The notes under the pieces: generated by a model | What the model was told of the DNA's origin: nothing | Seen by the model: the letters and a program-made list of their open reading frames with translations, nothing else | Database searches by the model: none | Position numbers and translations under genes: made by a program | Shown here: piece after piece, positions 13,695 to 28,139 of the stretch | Numbering within the stretch: the first letter of the stretch is position 1 | Layout of the letters: every line of letters starts with the position of its first letter | Assembly: GCF_006345805.1 (NCBI RefSeq) | Contig: NC_043012.1 | Coordinates: 47,926,001 to 47,990,000, forward strand | Reading direction: 5' to 3' | Source of the DNA: Octopus sinensis | Taxonomy: Eukaryota | DNA length: 64,000 nt

Positions 13695-15438
13695 ACAAAT
13701 ATATACATGTATTGATGTATGTATGCACACATATATGTATGTATCTATGTACGTATGTATGAATGTATGTACGCATATATATATGTCTGTAAGCGTATTA
13801 TATTTGTTGTAAAATATTCGTGGCTATATGTTTATGTGCATCATTGATGGTAGACTCCTTGTTTTAAGTTGGCTTTCTCTGTGGTTTGTATGCGGTGAGA
13901 AATATGACTGAATGTTTTTTTTTCTTTTTATCATTCGACAAAGATATATTAATATACATCCACATGTTTTCAATGTGGGCATAAGTACAGATGACTTAAT
14001 GGATAAACACAATTGGGGAGTGTTATGAATATTTCCATCTGCTTAAATATGAGGGTGTGCGTATGCATTTATGTATGTATGTAGGTACATGTGTTGGCGT
14101 TTGCAATTATGAAGCTTGCGTGCGTAGGCGAATATTACCTCTTTATATTCCACCTTTGAAGTATATAGTGTGAGACACTTAGGCAACTGTATATCAATAT
14201 GCATGTATAAATGTATGTATGAATGTATGTATGTATCTATCTCAATATGTGCGTATGTATGTACATATGTGTGTATATACATGCATTCATATGTATATAT
14301 CCATATGTGTGTGTTTACATAAATAGGGAGAGAGAGAGAGGGGGGGGAAGTAGTGTGTATTTTTATATTACACAATTATGAATTTTCGCATGGCAATGCA
14401 AATAAGTGCTAATTATACGGAAGTACATGTGCGTTTACGCATGTAAACGACTGCAAGTAAGCCATAAAGATACCTTTATATATATATATGTATATACACA
14501 CGCATATACATATATACATGTGTGTGTGTGCGTATTTTTGTATATATGTATAAGCGCGTTGAAGAAAATGGATGCTTGTGACGTCGATTCTAGTATAATT
14601 AGCGGAGATATTCCTTAAACAGTATGAACAAAAGTACGACACCAGTTATGATGAAAACATCGTAAAAAAGACATGTGGATTACAAATATTCTAATATTTA
14701 CCGCTATCAAAACACATATTCATGAGAACAATCTGTAATAAATTTATTTGTGCTTAATTAATTATTCGGCCATATCCTTATTTTTCGTTAAAGGTATTCG
14801 ATTCGAAACGAATTTAACCATAAAAGGTGGTCCAGGTATGTATGTGATTTATTCATTGATTGTATAATTGAACGATGAAAATAGATTTAGTGAAGTTTGT
14901 GTGTGTGTGTGTGTTTACTCACACGCACATATACACATATACATACGGATATAAGTATTTTCCCCATCGCCCCATTTTTATGAACGCCTCTTTGAATGTT
15001 AACACAGCCCCCTTTTGGAACCACGGTTGTAGAATGATATTATAAATGGTTCTTGTCCTCGTCTGACTAAGCTATAACATTGAATAATGAGTCGTTAAGC
15101 ATTCACGATAAATTTGGATCTGTTATATGTGACTGAAAGTTCATCATGAAAATATAACGCTATTGTTCGTGGTGTTCTTTAGTAAAAGCTCTACTACGAT
15201 CAGACTCCATTGTGAATTAGTTTACACGAGTAAATATACTAAAACATACATTTAGCCGGGTTTTTTTTTTATAAAAGTATATTCTGTAAAACGAAGAGTA
15301 ATACTGCTTCATTAGCTATATTTTTCAATTCCTATACATTTAGTGAGAAAGAGCAATTGACAAATACATATAAACATTTTTCTGAATAGCATGCAACAAA
15401 TCATATATATATATATATGCATATGTATTTGTAAGTGC

Positions 15439-15491
<53 letters not shown>

Positions 15492-15585
15492 TATGTGTAA
15501 ATGTGTGTGTGTGTGTATGTGTATGCGTGTCTATATATTGTTATACTTTGAGATGGTTATTTGCTTTGCCAATTAAACATACGAA

Positions 15586-15780
15586 CGTCGGTGTAAATGG
15601 TTAGCACACGTGTCGCGGGAACATAGATATGTAGGTTCGAGTTCCACGCGTACAGGAAAACCTACTTTTTTTCCGCTGAGGACTTATATGCCCAACTATT
15701 AGAATATTTTCTTTAGTCATTACGCGGTGATCGCTCATAAGCGTTACACTCATAAAAATACATTTATTGTTATTTACAGA
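15586..15780 (+). mobile_element. tRNA-headed SINE-like element
   Basis: A-box-like GTGTAAATGGTTAGC and B-box GGTTCGAGTTCC (15634-15645). There is no complete cloverleaf, so it is not a tRNA gene. Confidence 0.6.
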
Positions 15781-16258
15781 ATATCAAAACCACCCCACAG
15801 TCAAACGCACATACACACACACATATATATTTACTGTATATATGAAACTAGTCGACAATGTCACACATAGGTACTCTCATTGAAATTATTGCACCGCACT
15901 CAGTAGACTCAAGATCCAAACGAATTGCCGGTTCCAAGTAAGATGAATGATAAAGAGAAAGGAATGTATGAAACAGCTGTAGTGAAGAATAATCCACCTG
16001 TTGTTATTTATTTATAATTTACTTAACTCGAAACCTTTTATTCGTTTGGATATCTGCATGTGTTAGCAGTATTCAATCACCGTACAACCAGAGAAGTAAA
16101 CCCTTTCGATGAGCCGGTAATGATGAATCATATATCGTAAGTAGTATTGCTGTTAATGCTGTTCAGTCTAGCATAGCCTCGAGCCAAACAAACGCTTGTC
16201 AGTGTACTTTGTGGACAAAGAATGAAAGACGCCAGTCCTATACGCACACACTCACACA

Positions 16259-16298
<40 letters not shown>

Positions 16299-16334
16299 TA
16301 TACATATATACATACTTATACACACATATTTATG

Positions 16335-16556
16335 TGTGTGTTTGTGTTTGTTGACTTACCATCTCTTGACAACCAATGCTGGTGTGTCTGTGTCTCCCCT
16401 AACTTAGCGGTTCGGTAAAAAATTAAACAAAAACAATAAGATAAGTGCTAGGCTTGCAAAGATTGAGTCCTGGGGTCGATTTGTTAGACTAAAACCTTTT
16501 AAGGCGGTGCTCCAGCATAGCCGCAGTAAAATGAATTAAAACAAGGGATAAAAATG

Positions 16557-16560
<4 letters not shown>
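16335..16560 (+). mobile_element. SINE family B, 3' half
   Basis: CTTGACAACCAATGCTGGTGTG...TCCTGGGGTCGATTTG...GGCGGTGCTCCAGCAT matches the right body of 5430-5950. Confidence 0.8.
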
Positions 16561-16594
<34 letters not shown>

Positions 16595-16596
16595 CA

Positions 16597-16637
<41 letters not shown>

Positions 16638-17199
16638 ATATAAAGGTCACCTGTGATTTTCAGAGCTGGCACCTCATTTCACATCTAGTTATACCATATA
16701 AGTTAACCAACGCATGTGAGCAATTTCAGCAACTCTTTCGCGTATATTGTTACGTCTCAAGTTGGAGCGGAATGTTCTGAATATATACAACGAAATATTC
16801 ATTGTACTTACATGAATAATACTACCCAAATTTACCCATTTCCGCGCAAAACAAAAATGTAAGCGATATAAGCACATATTTCGCCTCACACGTGTGAACA
16901 CAGGAAATGCATTCATATATTTCGACTCTTCCATTATTTCATTTTCTCTATATCGTAACTTACACACATGCACAGAGGAGCATAGACAAAATCACTTACA
17001 GATGCTCAGACGCGGTCTTGGAACGCAAAAGATGTAAAAAAAACACCTTTAATATTACGGAATTAAAACTGAAATTCCACTTTTCTTCCAATGATCATTA
17101 TCATTATTTCTCAATACTCACATCTTGTCAGTTGTATTGACTCATTGCTTATTGATTATTTAAGAGATGAATGAATATACATATATACATATATGTATG

Positions 17200-17285
<86 letters not shown>

Positions 17286-17446
17286 CATACAAACATATAT
17301 ACATACATAATTATATTTATAAAATTAAATACTTTGTATTCATTTTTATCGTAATGATTTTTACATGCAAGCTACTCGATAAAATCCTATATCGATTTTA
17401 TCCTTCGTAATATACATACATATATATATATATATTATATATATAT

Positions 17447-17490
<44 letters not shown>

Positions 17491-17510
17491 TGTATGTATG
17501 TATGTATATG

Positions 17511-17546
<36 letters not shown>

Positions 17547-17552
17547 TGTATG

Positions 17553-17609
<57 letters not shown>

Positions 17610-18002
17610 CGTGTGTGTGTGTATATGTACATATACATATACACACGTGTGCCTATCTCTGTGTGTCTGTGTATAAATGTATAAATATATGCATAGATGT
17701 CTCATTTATTGCGCTACCAAATTAATACAGGAATTGATCAATCCAAAACTATCGGAATTATTTTATGAATTTCTGTCAGTCTACTCCCTCGCTTTCAATG
17801 TGTCTATTATAAAAGTGACGACTTAAAGTGGTTCGACGATTTAGCGTCTATTTTCAGCATATAGTCATGGTACTCTCTGTGCCCTTAATTATAATTGTAT
17901 TTTATACTATTACAAATATCTATATATGAATGTACGTAAGTCGTTCTATTTTATATGGTGGCCACCTATAACTTTTTTAATGATTTTACCCTATTTTATA
18001 TT

Positions 18003-18040
<38 letters not shown>

Positions 18041-18050
18041 CACAAACATA

Positions 18051-19298
18051 CATTGGTTCGTCTCATGAATAATGCGGTTCTTTCAATTGCCTGAACTAAA
18101 TGTCGGAGGGGGACTGAATAAAACTACCTGCATGAATTTGCTATAAAGGCAGGTAGTAATTTTACCTCTTCCTTATTCTTAGTGCAAGTTTTGAAGAATA
18201 CAGTTCGATTTTAACAGTTATATTTTCAAAGTGGCAAAAGGGCATAATCGGCTTATTTTGCTTCATAAGTTCAATCAAGGTAGCAACGCAACGGAAAGGG
18301 TGAAGAATATTAATGCAGTATATGGCGATCGATCAATAAGCGTAAGCCAGTGTTAACAGGGTTTCTAGGAATTTCGAGCAGAGAACTACAGCCTAGTAAA
18401 CGAGCCTCATCCCGGAGGATCTGTAGAGTTCGACGAGGACGTCCTGCAAATCCTGGTGGAAAACATCCCATCATAACTGTTGAGAAGCTAGCTGAGATGC
18501 TTGGATTTAGTCATTCAACCATTCATTGAACATCGGAAAAGTCAGCAAATAGGGCCAATGGCTTCCTCACAAACTCTCTGTGTCTAACTGCGAACAGGAG
18601 TGAGTGTATGCGCTTCTTTGCTTTCACGTCTCTCGAATGAACCTTTTTTGAACGGCATAATGAATGGTGACAGCAAATGGGTTCTCCATAAAAATGTTAA
18701 GTGCCAAAGATAGCGGGTAGGGAAAAGAGAAACAGGCAGCCCAGGCTAAAGCAGGTTTTCACCCACGTAATGTGTTACTATCTGTTTGGTGGGATATAAA
18801 ATGTTTAATCCACTTTGAACTTTTAAACCCAAACCAAACGATAACAGAGGAGATCTACTGTGATCTTCTTGAGCAGCTTAAGTCAGCACAAGAAGAAAAA
18901 CATCCATCTTTGGTTTTAAGATGAAAGATGTTATTGCAATAGGATAATGCTTGGCGACTTGCCGCAAGGCTGACGCTTCAAAGTGTGAATGGGAAACGAT
19001 GCGTCACCCATCATATTCACCGGACATTGCCCCTTCTGATTATCATTCATTCCGCAGTCTTCAAAATCATTTGAACGGAAAAAATATGATCTTCGAGATC
19101 AGAAGAGTACTGGGGGAGTATTTTTCGTCATAGACAAGTGAATTTTGGAAAAGGGGCTTCGTAAGTCTACCAGATAGATGGAAGAGCATTGTATGAAATA
19201 AAGGTGAGTATATTTTAAACGAAGACAGAACTTTGTCCATCTTAATCTTGAGCAATAATGGAAGTATGAAAGAAAACCGCATTATTTATGGGATGAAT

Positions 19299-19303
<5 letters not shown>
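18051..19303 (+). mobile_element. Full-length decayed mariner (DD34D) element with TA target duplication
   Basis: TIRs CATTGGTTCGTCTCATGAATAATGCGGTT and AACCGCATTATTTATGGGATGAATCAATA, flanked by TA. Transposase motifs QWLPHKL (WVPHEL-like), NGDSKW, *DNA and HPSYSPDIAPSDYHSF are present with many stops and frameshifts. Confidence 0.9.
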
Positions 19304-19332
<29 letters not shown>

Positions 19333-19586
19333 AGTAAATAGAAAAAAAAGGAAAACGACCACACACACACAAAAAAAAAAACAGACGCTCAGAGAAAGAA
19401 AGAAAGGTGGTTTTACGTTTCGAGCAAAGGAGACGGAGGAAAATCTAATAGAAAAGGAAGCCGGAGAAAAAAATCGACAACGATTCATATGTGGTTATGT
19501 ATACATATATAAATACAAATATATATAGGTATAGATATGTATGTATGTATATATGTGTGTGTGTGTGCATATGTATACGCATGCAC

Positions 19587-19681
19587 ATCAAATTAATATT
19601 GAAGGAATATTAATTTGATCAATAAAATGCATGGATCAAATTAATATTCCTTCAATATTAATTTGATCCATGCATTTTATT
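19587..19681. repeat. Nested double palindrome
   Basis: 14-bp arms around GAAGG (19587-19619), directly followed by perfect 28-bp arms around CCTTC (19621-19681). The first is an inverted partial copy of the second. Confidence 0.9.
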
Positions 19682-21559
19682 ATATATAAACTATTCCTCA
19701 TAGTACTGATTTATTTGTCTGTCACCAAGAAAATAAATTGTGTAGCGTTTTTATTTTATTTACCGATTTGTAAGTCCACGAGAGTTACAAATCGGTAGTA
19801 GTAAGAGTTTTGTGGAAAGGCACTCAGCCCTATTGTCATGATGACATACATTAGGCTTTTAAAGTAAAATTAAAATATATAAATAACTAAATTGATTTAT
19901 ACGCAGATAGGTAGCTAGTTCACTAGGTAAATAGCTAGATAGATATAAAGACAGACAAATGAAATGGATGTGAGAGAGATAGACAGAGAAAGAAAGAGAG
20001 AGAGAGAGATGTAACAGACGGATAGATGGACAGATAGTTATGTAGGTAACTTGCTAAATTGTTATATAGCATGCGATGTGATATATATGTATGCTAGTGT
20101 GTGTGTGGAGAGAAAGAGAAAGAAGGGCAGAGAAGGAGAGCGAGAGAGAAAGATAGAGAAGAAGGATCGCCTTGGGTAGGTAAGTAAGCAGATAGATACG
20201 ATAGAAGAACATAAAAATAAGCAGCCAAGCAAATATATATATAAATATATAGTTAAATATGTAGGTAAGTGGATAGATAATATAGAGAGATAGATATAAT
20301 ATAATCGATGTGCACAAATAATAAATGAAAAAGGTAAAAAAAAAAAACGAGAAAGAATCATTGGGAGACGGAAAGTATTTTGTTGCATCAAATGATTGCA
20401 TTCAAAGCATGATAGATCGATCAACGAAATCTGTGCCAGCCACCTGCGATTGAGATCAAAGTGTTCGTTGATATATATTGCGGAGACTGATTAACCAATA
20501 GTGAAATATTTCATATAACAGATATATTGGACATCTTCCTTCAGAATTAATATATGAAAGCATCGATAAGCTTTAATATTCTCGTTTAATATAAATCATC
20601 CTTACAGAGATATAAGAAAATATTTAAATAATTCCATTGGTCCTATGATACACTTTAAGCCAATGATTATCTCTGGCTCTCTGATAACGAGATAGTAAGG
20701 CGAACAAATGTTACTGGTTAGGTCGACAGTCTAACAGAGCATTCGAAGTTGCTCACATATCCATTCTTGTGAGTTAAATAGATCTAAAATGTTGATATTA
20801 CGAGTAGTTATGTTTGTTATACCGTGTTTGATATGAAGTACTCGCAGACCGACCAGACTTGTAATCAAATATTTTTCCGTTGTGAAACTGTGTTTTTATT
20901 TATTTATTTATTTATTTATTTATTTTATATAACATATTCTTGTCTCGAAACGGCTTCGACGAAATGCGTTCTACCGCGTTACCTTCAAAATTTCTCTTCC
21001 ACATAAGAAGCTTTTAGGTTCTCGACTTTTTGTTTTGTGAACCCGCCAATTACATAATATAATAGCAACTGAAAATACTTCGTTCCTTACATGGGTGCAA
21101 AAGTATCAAAACAAAAAAAACACAATAAAATAAAGTCCTTTATTCTTTTCAGTACAAGAGTATTGACCAGTATTGACCATGGCCATGTGCCAATAAACAT
21201 CTTTTGCCTAGTATTTACACCATGATGTGTTTTGAACCACCGTTCGAAGCCTCGTTTCCATAGTCAAGGCAAACTACATTATACCTAGTTCATCGTCAAG
21301 AATTCACCTCCCTCCCTGAAGACTACATTCAGTAATGCATCCATTCAATTTTTCAAGATTGTAGAAAAGTGCAATGACAGTAATGTAACGGCTATGTCTA
21401 GTAGACAGAAGACACGTAGCGGCTTCTTCATGAATATCTAAAGGTAATTGTTCTTTAGCCGTGTATACAGTGAAGACTCGGTGCTGGTTCTGTAACCCTA
21501 TTTTGTTTGCGAATACTACTTTACAAATATAAGCATTAATACCGCCTTTGCAGCGACCA

Positions 21560-21577
21560 TCACAACAACAACTACTG

Positions 21578-21644
<67 letters not shown>

Positions 21645-21789
21645 AACTATAACTACTGCTGCTGCTACTGCTGCGGCTGTTGCTGCTACCACTACTACTA
21701 CTACTACTGCTGGTACTACTGCTGCTACTACTACTACTACTACCACCACCACCACTACTGCTACTACTACTACTACTACCACCACCACC

Positions 21790-21832
<43 letters not shown>

Positions 21833-21906
21833 TTACTACTACTACTGGTACTACTGCTGCTACTACTACTACTACCTCCACCACCACCACCACCACCACC
21901 ACCACC

Positions 21907-21965
<59 letters not shown>
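21560..21965. repeat. (CTA)n/(CCA)n/(CTG)n compound trinucleotide repeat
   Basis: Directly visible. It gives the poly-V and poly-L/P ORFs. Confidence 0.95.
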
Positions 21966-21966
<1 letters not shown>

Positions 21967-22766
21967 GTTGCTGTTGATTCTGCCTTACTTGTTGCGAAAC
22001 GATTGTAAAGGAAGAGTGATAGTTGAAATAACTACATTTCATATTCGTCTTTAGTGTACTCTACACTGCAGTGTAACTGATCTGAAAAGTAGTTATCATA
22101 TTGATTTCCAGTGTGGAATGCACAAGGTCACATTCTCTCTAATGTATAGAATGGAAGAAAGGTGTGATCGATTATTGTGCAAATATGGCACTTACGCATA
22201 TTAAACTTAGAGCATGGGAAAACTTCAACACAGCGTGGTTCGAACACGGAATATACCTGAATAATGCAAAAAGCAGCCTTGTACTCTTATTTCTAATTAT
22301 CTACGCTAATATTTATCGTGTCTTTTTTTCATTACGCGAAAATTCAGTATCTACAGCAACAACGATGTACTACTTCCCTCGGCGTAATACTGGTAATTGT
22401 GCCCGGTTAAACTTCATGACGATGTACATGAATATCTTTGATTGACTTCACAGGAAGGTTCTCATGAAAAAAGCACATTTCGAGAGTTTCTGAAGGTTCG
22501 GCTTGTTGCTAGAATAAACTAAGATACTTGAAATGATTTCATGAATGATATGTATTTATAGAACTTTCATGAAATATATATATTTCTGTTTATTTCATTC
22601 AAAGTAGATATCTAAAGTTCTTTCATATTCTTTCATAAATCAAAGATATAAATTTAAAATGATTTAATCAAAAGTAATAGAAATACTATTTTAGTATTTT
22701 AGAAAATCTGGACCATATGTACTTAAACATATACAAATACATACATACACATACATACACACAAAT

Positions 22767-22804
<38 letters not shown>

Positions 22805-22873
22805 GGTATATATATATATATGTATGCATATATTTACATTTATAAATATATGTACATATATAATATATATATG

Positions 22874-22975
<102 letters not shown>

Positions 22976-22993
22976 GAGATCGATAGATAAATG

Positions 22994-23067
<74 letters not shown>

Positions 23068-24103
23068 GAGCGTCTCAAAAGCCGCTCATACAGCTAAGCG
23101 CTTTATATGTGTGAAACCAATAGTTACTCCTTGCCCGGCCATTACAATCAAACCGGCCGTAATAACCTTATCAAGAAATACAATGCATATATATGTGTGT
23201 GTGTGTTTGTGTGTATGTTTGTGTGCTCGTGTGCGTGCACGCGCGCGCATTATATGTCATGATAGCCTATTCGAAGCTTGTATACGCTTAGAAGAAAATA
23301 GTCTGTATTGACATTGTAATTCATAACGATTTTTTCAGGTGTTATATAAATTGCATGCGATTTCCAGAATTATCTCAATGATTTACTTGATCATGAATTT
23401 AGTAAAGACAGTTATCGGAATCATACTTAACGTATAATACAAAATCAATTTAAGACTACTTTGTTTTTTTTTTAAACAGCTATCCTCTTCCTTTCCCTGT
23501 ATATACCTTCTAAAGGATCAACTACTCAATATTTCTAGCAATAAATGTGCCATATCTTTCATTCACAAAATCCCATATTTCCGTCAAGGAGATTTTAAGG
23601 GAAATGTAACGATTCGGGGTACAAGCTGCAAAAATTTCTGGAACAAGTGTACTTTTAGCGTTGACGTGTTTTGATATTTTTTATGTTTGTTGCTGCCACT
23701 ACAAGAATGGCTATCAGCGGAAGCACTGTAGATATGAATATTCTATCTTGTTTTCTGTAATAATGTTTCTAAATCAATGATATTTGCTGAGTTCTAGAAC
23801 TTTGAAATGCAGTGTTTGATGTGGTGATCATTTGGAAGCTATTTTTAGCATATCCACTAATATCGGAAGGCTTGGTAGTTAGCTTCCGTTCTTGCCAAAA
23901 AGTACGATTGCATTTATATTTATATATCCATTTTTTAAAACCTAACAACCACTTTGAACCCGTAGATACGTATGTCGCTCTCTCTGTCTCTTTTTGTTCT
24001 TCTCTCTTTGTATATATATATGTATGTGCATGGAGATGTGTCTGCGCGTGCGTTCATGTATTTATGCGTATATAATGAATATATGTATACCTATATATAT
24101 ACA

Positions 24104-24175
<72 letters not shown>

Positions 24176-24360
24176 ATATATATATACACATATATATATA
24201 TATGCACGTATATGTGTATATGTATGTATGTGTGTGTGTATATATATATAGTTAATCCCCAAAACGAAAAGACACAACAAAAAACAACAACGCGAGGTAC
24301 ATGCAACAACGTGATACATGAAAAATATTAAGAGATGCTTAGGTGTGGAAAGAAAGGTAG

Positions 24361-24393
24361 TTTTACGTTTCGAGCAATGCTCTTCTTCAGAAA
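24361..24393 (-). ncRNA. Minimal type I hammerhead ribozyme motif
   Basis: Minus strand TTT-CTGAAGA-A-GAGC-ATT-GCTC-GAAA-CGT-A-AAA. It has an intact core, a 4-bp stem II, palindromic ACGT stem III and a GUA triplet, but stem I is only 3 bp. Confidence 0.65.
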
Positions 24394-24457
24394 GAGGAAA
24401 GAGTGGAAAGTCCAAGAGAAAGAAAAACGAAAGACGGAAAACGAGAATTTATTATTA

Positions 24458-24563
24458 ATCACGAAAATTGTTTCGACACATCTAGCATCGATCCCTCACA
24501 GGTGGGAAACTCAACAACTGGTTCAGGAGCATCCGGTAATGCAGATGTGTCTCATCAGGTGAT
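24458..24563 (-). ncRNA. Type I hammerhead ribozyme motif with long stem II
   Basis: Minus strand ATCAC-CTGATGA-GACACATCTGCAT...ATGCTAGATGTGTC-GAAA-CAATTT-TC-GTGAT. Stem I is 5 bp and stem II about 13 bp with one bulge. Stem III ACAATTGT carries one G>T change relative to the 52339-52350 copy. Confidence 0.8.
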
Positions 24564-25149
24564 AAATAGACACAACTCGTTAAAATAATAGCTCCGCAAT
24601 GTATCTTCTCATTGTAAACTGAAGGAAATATCTTCGTTTGCATAGAAGATCAAAAATAAAATCACAGATGCATAAAAGAAACGAACGCGCAGTACAAAGA
24701 AAAATAGTATTAAAAATAAATGTTAACAAATATGGATGTAGAAACGCCCTCGCGCAAGCTGAATGGTGCGTGTACAAGCATCTGCGAAAATATAAACATA
24801 CGAACATGTGTGGTTTCGTGCACTCACGAGCACAATGCGTGTTAATAGCTACTTGGTGTTTATAAGAATGGGGAGATTAAAACTAAACTTAATTCATCTA
24901 TACATCAACATTCCCACTGCATTGTGCGAATTCATTCCCAAATTCATTCCCACTGCATTTTGCGAAAATACATTTATATGCATGTAGATATCTGGAGAGT
25001 CTTTCAGAAATTCTATTAAATGATCTTCTCATTACTCCACAGAATAGACAGGGAATCATCTGAGCAGCGATAGCATGACCTGGAAATGATACTCTAGGGC
25101 TTATATATATACATATAAATATATATATACATATATATATTCGAACAAC

Positions 25150-25245
25150 GTGTAGTGAAGACTTTTGCTCAAGTCCTCTCGAACCCACAACCTTACGACC
25201 AGCATGAGTGGGACTCACCTGGCCACTAACTTATGCGCCTCCGCT
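25150..25245 (-). mobile_element. Degenerate tRNA-derived SINE head
   Basis: Reverse complement has GGCGCATAAGTTAGTGGCCAGG...GTGGGTTCGAGAGGAC, which is A-box and B-box-like. Confidence 0.45.
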
Positions 25246-25764
25246 TCTCTTGCATAACCATTAATGCTTTTTGCATCATTGTATACTGTCATTTTGTTAT
25301 AACGGTTGTATATAATGATGATAATACTAATGATGATGTTGATGTTGATATCTTGTCATTTTCATCTCTAATGTGGATTTCATTCAACTTCCTTCGTCGT
25401 CTTGTTATTTTGCTCTTTCTCTCTCCTCCTGATCCTCCTGCTCATCAGCACCATCGCCATCGTAATTGTAGTCGACGTCGTCATCATATCATCATCATCG
25501 TCGTCGTCATCATGCTTATCTGGATATAAATATATACCTATCTACAGACCTAGCTACCTTTACATCATACATACATGCACGCCTGCATGTGTGCATACAA
25601 ACAAACATACAAGCATACATACTTACGTACATACATAGATACATAAATACATGCATACATACCTATGTACATATATTCAAAACACACATGAATCCATGTT
25701 TTATCCGCATAAATATACCGCAGTGTATATGTGTATATGCATAATAATACATATACAAATGTAG

Positions 25765-25799
<35 letters not shown>

Positions 25800-25800
<1 letters not shown>

Positions 25801-26012
25801 TAGGCAATAATAATCTTTCCCGAGTAATTTAGACTCATAGGGTCGGTGTCTCAGCTCCCTTAGCGCAAATATTCTTCCCTGGATGGGACTCCGGTCAGTT
25901 GCAACATTACACAATTGTCCCAGGTGATTGTACAGGCCACAATGCGTCATCCGGTCCAGGAATGGTTTTTGCGATCTTACGATCATGAGCCCTACTAAGC
26001 CACGTGCTTCCA
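25800..26012 (-). mobile_element. tRNA-derived SINE, family C (decayed)
   Basis: Minus strand starts GTGGAAGCACGTGGCTTAGTAGGGCTCATGATCGTAAGATCGC...TTCCTGGACCGGATGACGCATTGTG. I recognise it as an octopus SINE-type repeat from memory. Confidence 0.55.
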
Positions 26013-26946
26013 CGTTTTACCACACACACACACACACATACAGAAAGACACATACACAAACATACACTCACTCATATTCATACACATACACACACATACA
26101 CTGACGCACACACACACACATATACAAGTGTGTGCATGGTGTGATTTGAAATTTACATACTTGCATAATCACCCATTTTCATATGTGTGTGTATAAACTC
26201 ACCACCACCATCATCTTCATCCTCATCGTCATAATCATCATCGTCGTCGTCGTCGTTGTCATCATCATCATCATCATCATCATCACCAACATCATCATTA
26301 TTACAGTCATCTGCATCAGCATGATAATCCTTGAGATATTTTTACTCTGTATCGTTATTATCATTTGCTTTTTGCTATACCGCCATTGAAGGATCATTCC
26401 CCTCGTAAGGATGACATGAAACATTAAAGCTGACTATTGTTAGAAAATGGCACATATAACTCAATCTCCTGCAGTTATAATTAGTGTCGGTGCAATGAAT
26501 TGCAATAATAGCAGCACCAGCAGCAATTGCAGCAGCACCAGCATTGGTAGCAGAAACAATATATAACTTACCTCTTTCTTGATGTACCTCACTTTAACAA
26601 CTATCCCAAGCATTATTCTGTCAAATTAATACCTCCAGGAATTGTGTCTTATGATTTCTTTTTTGGTATTTATGGATGTACTGTACGTCAGGGGCCCATA
26701 AATAGGTGCATACATGTATCTACTTATATTCCTAACGCAGGCACACACTGAAATACACACAGACACACACACGCACGCACGCACACTACTAATGCGCACG
26801 GTCACTCCCAGATAAGTATATATGGATTTATGTATGTATATATGTAAAAAAAAAAAGATATATGTATACATATATACACACTCACACACGCACTTATACA
26901 TATATAAATGTATATCATACATGCCGGATATATAAATATACATATA

Positions 26947-27065
<119 letters not shown>

Positions 27066-27378
27066 TGTGTGTGTGTATATATTTACATTTATATATATAT
27101 ATATATATATGCATTTACATTGTGAATATATTTACATAGTTATTACATACATGAAAAAAAGTGGAATAGAATAGAAAGAGGGAGGAAGAGAAAGGGAGAG
27201 ATAGCCCCAACCGTCGAAAGAAACAAGATAATGAATCTAAATAGAAAAAAATGCATTTACGCAAATGAGCACCCATCCATACACATGATTATGCAGTGCA
27301 CATACACACAATGCATAATATGCGGTTCAGGAAATAGATGTATATAGAAAACAACCGCACTATTTTCATGTAGAACTT

Positions 27379-27417
<39 letters not shown>

Positions 27418-27584
27418 TTATATATGCATATACATGTATGCAAACATATACCGTGTGATTTGATAATGCATATTTATATATGTATATATGTGTGTGTATG
27501 TGTGTCTGCGTATGTGTCTGTCTGTATGTATGTATATATGTGTGTATATATATATATATGCATTAATACATGTATAGATATGTG

Positions 27585-27619
<35 letters not shown>

Positions 27620-27641
27620 TTTATATATGTATAGATATGTC

Positions 27642-27708
<67 letters not shown>

Positions 27709-28139
27709 TAATTTATGTGTATATGTATGTATAATACACACACATACACAGATAAGTGGGGTAAATTCATATATATGTAATAACACACACACGCGCGCAC
27801 GCACGCACACACACATATATGTGTGTTTATAGGAGTTTAGGAGTGTGTACGTATCTATATTTTTATATTCATAAATACATACCTATATATAAATTTCCGC
27901 TCACAGACACAAGGACACGCGCACACTCATACGCACATACACTCACACACACACAATACACACATATACACGCTCACACACACAGAGATTGGAGAACATT
28001 GATAATATCTTGAATTGAGATATTCATAGAATAAATGTGACGCGATTTTCTGAAGAAAAGAGAAAGGCCCCTGCTTTAGGGATCAACTAATGACCAGTTA
28101 CAAAACATTCATTTCTTCACATTATCCGCTATTTCCTTT

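Noticed and set aside
15586-15660. tRNA genes at the SINE heads (also 52821 and 63780-63850)
   Set aside because: A and B boxes are present, but there is no complete cloverleaf or acceptor stem, and each runs into a SINE body.
20940-20985. CGAAACGGCTTCGACGAAATGCGTTC as a ribozyme remnant
   Set aside because: No CUGANGA core on either strand.
21560-21965. CRISPR-like or coding tandem array
   Set aside because: It is a simple trinucleotide repeat with no repeat-spacer structure, in a eukaryotic context.
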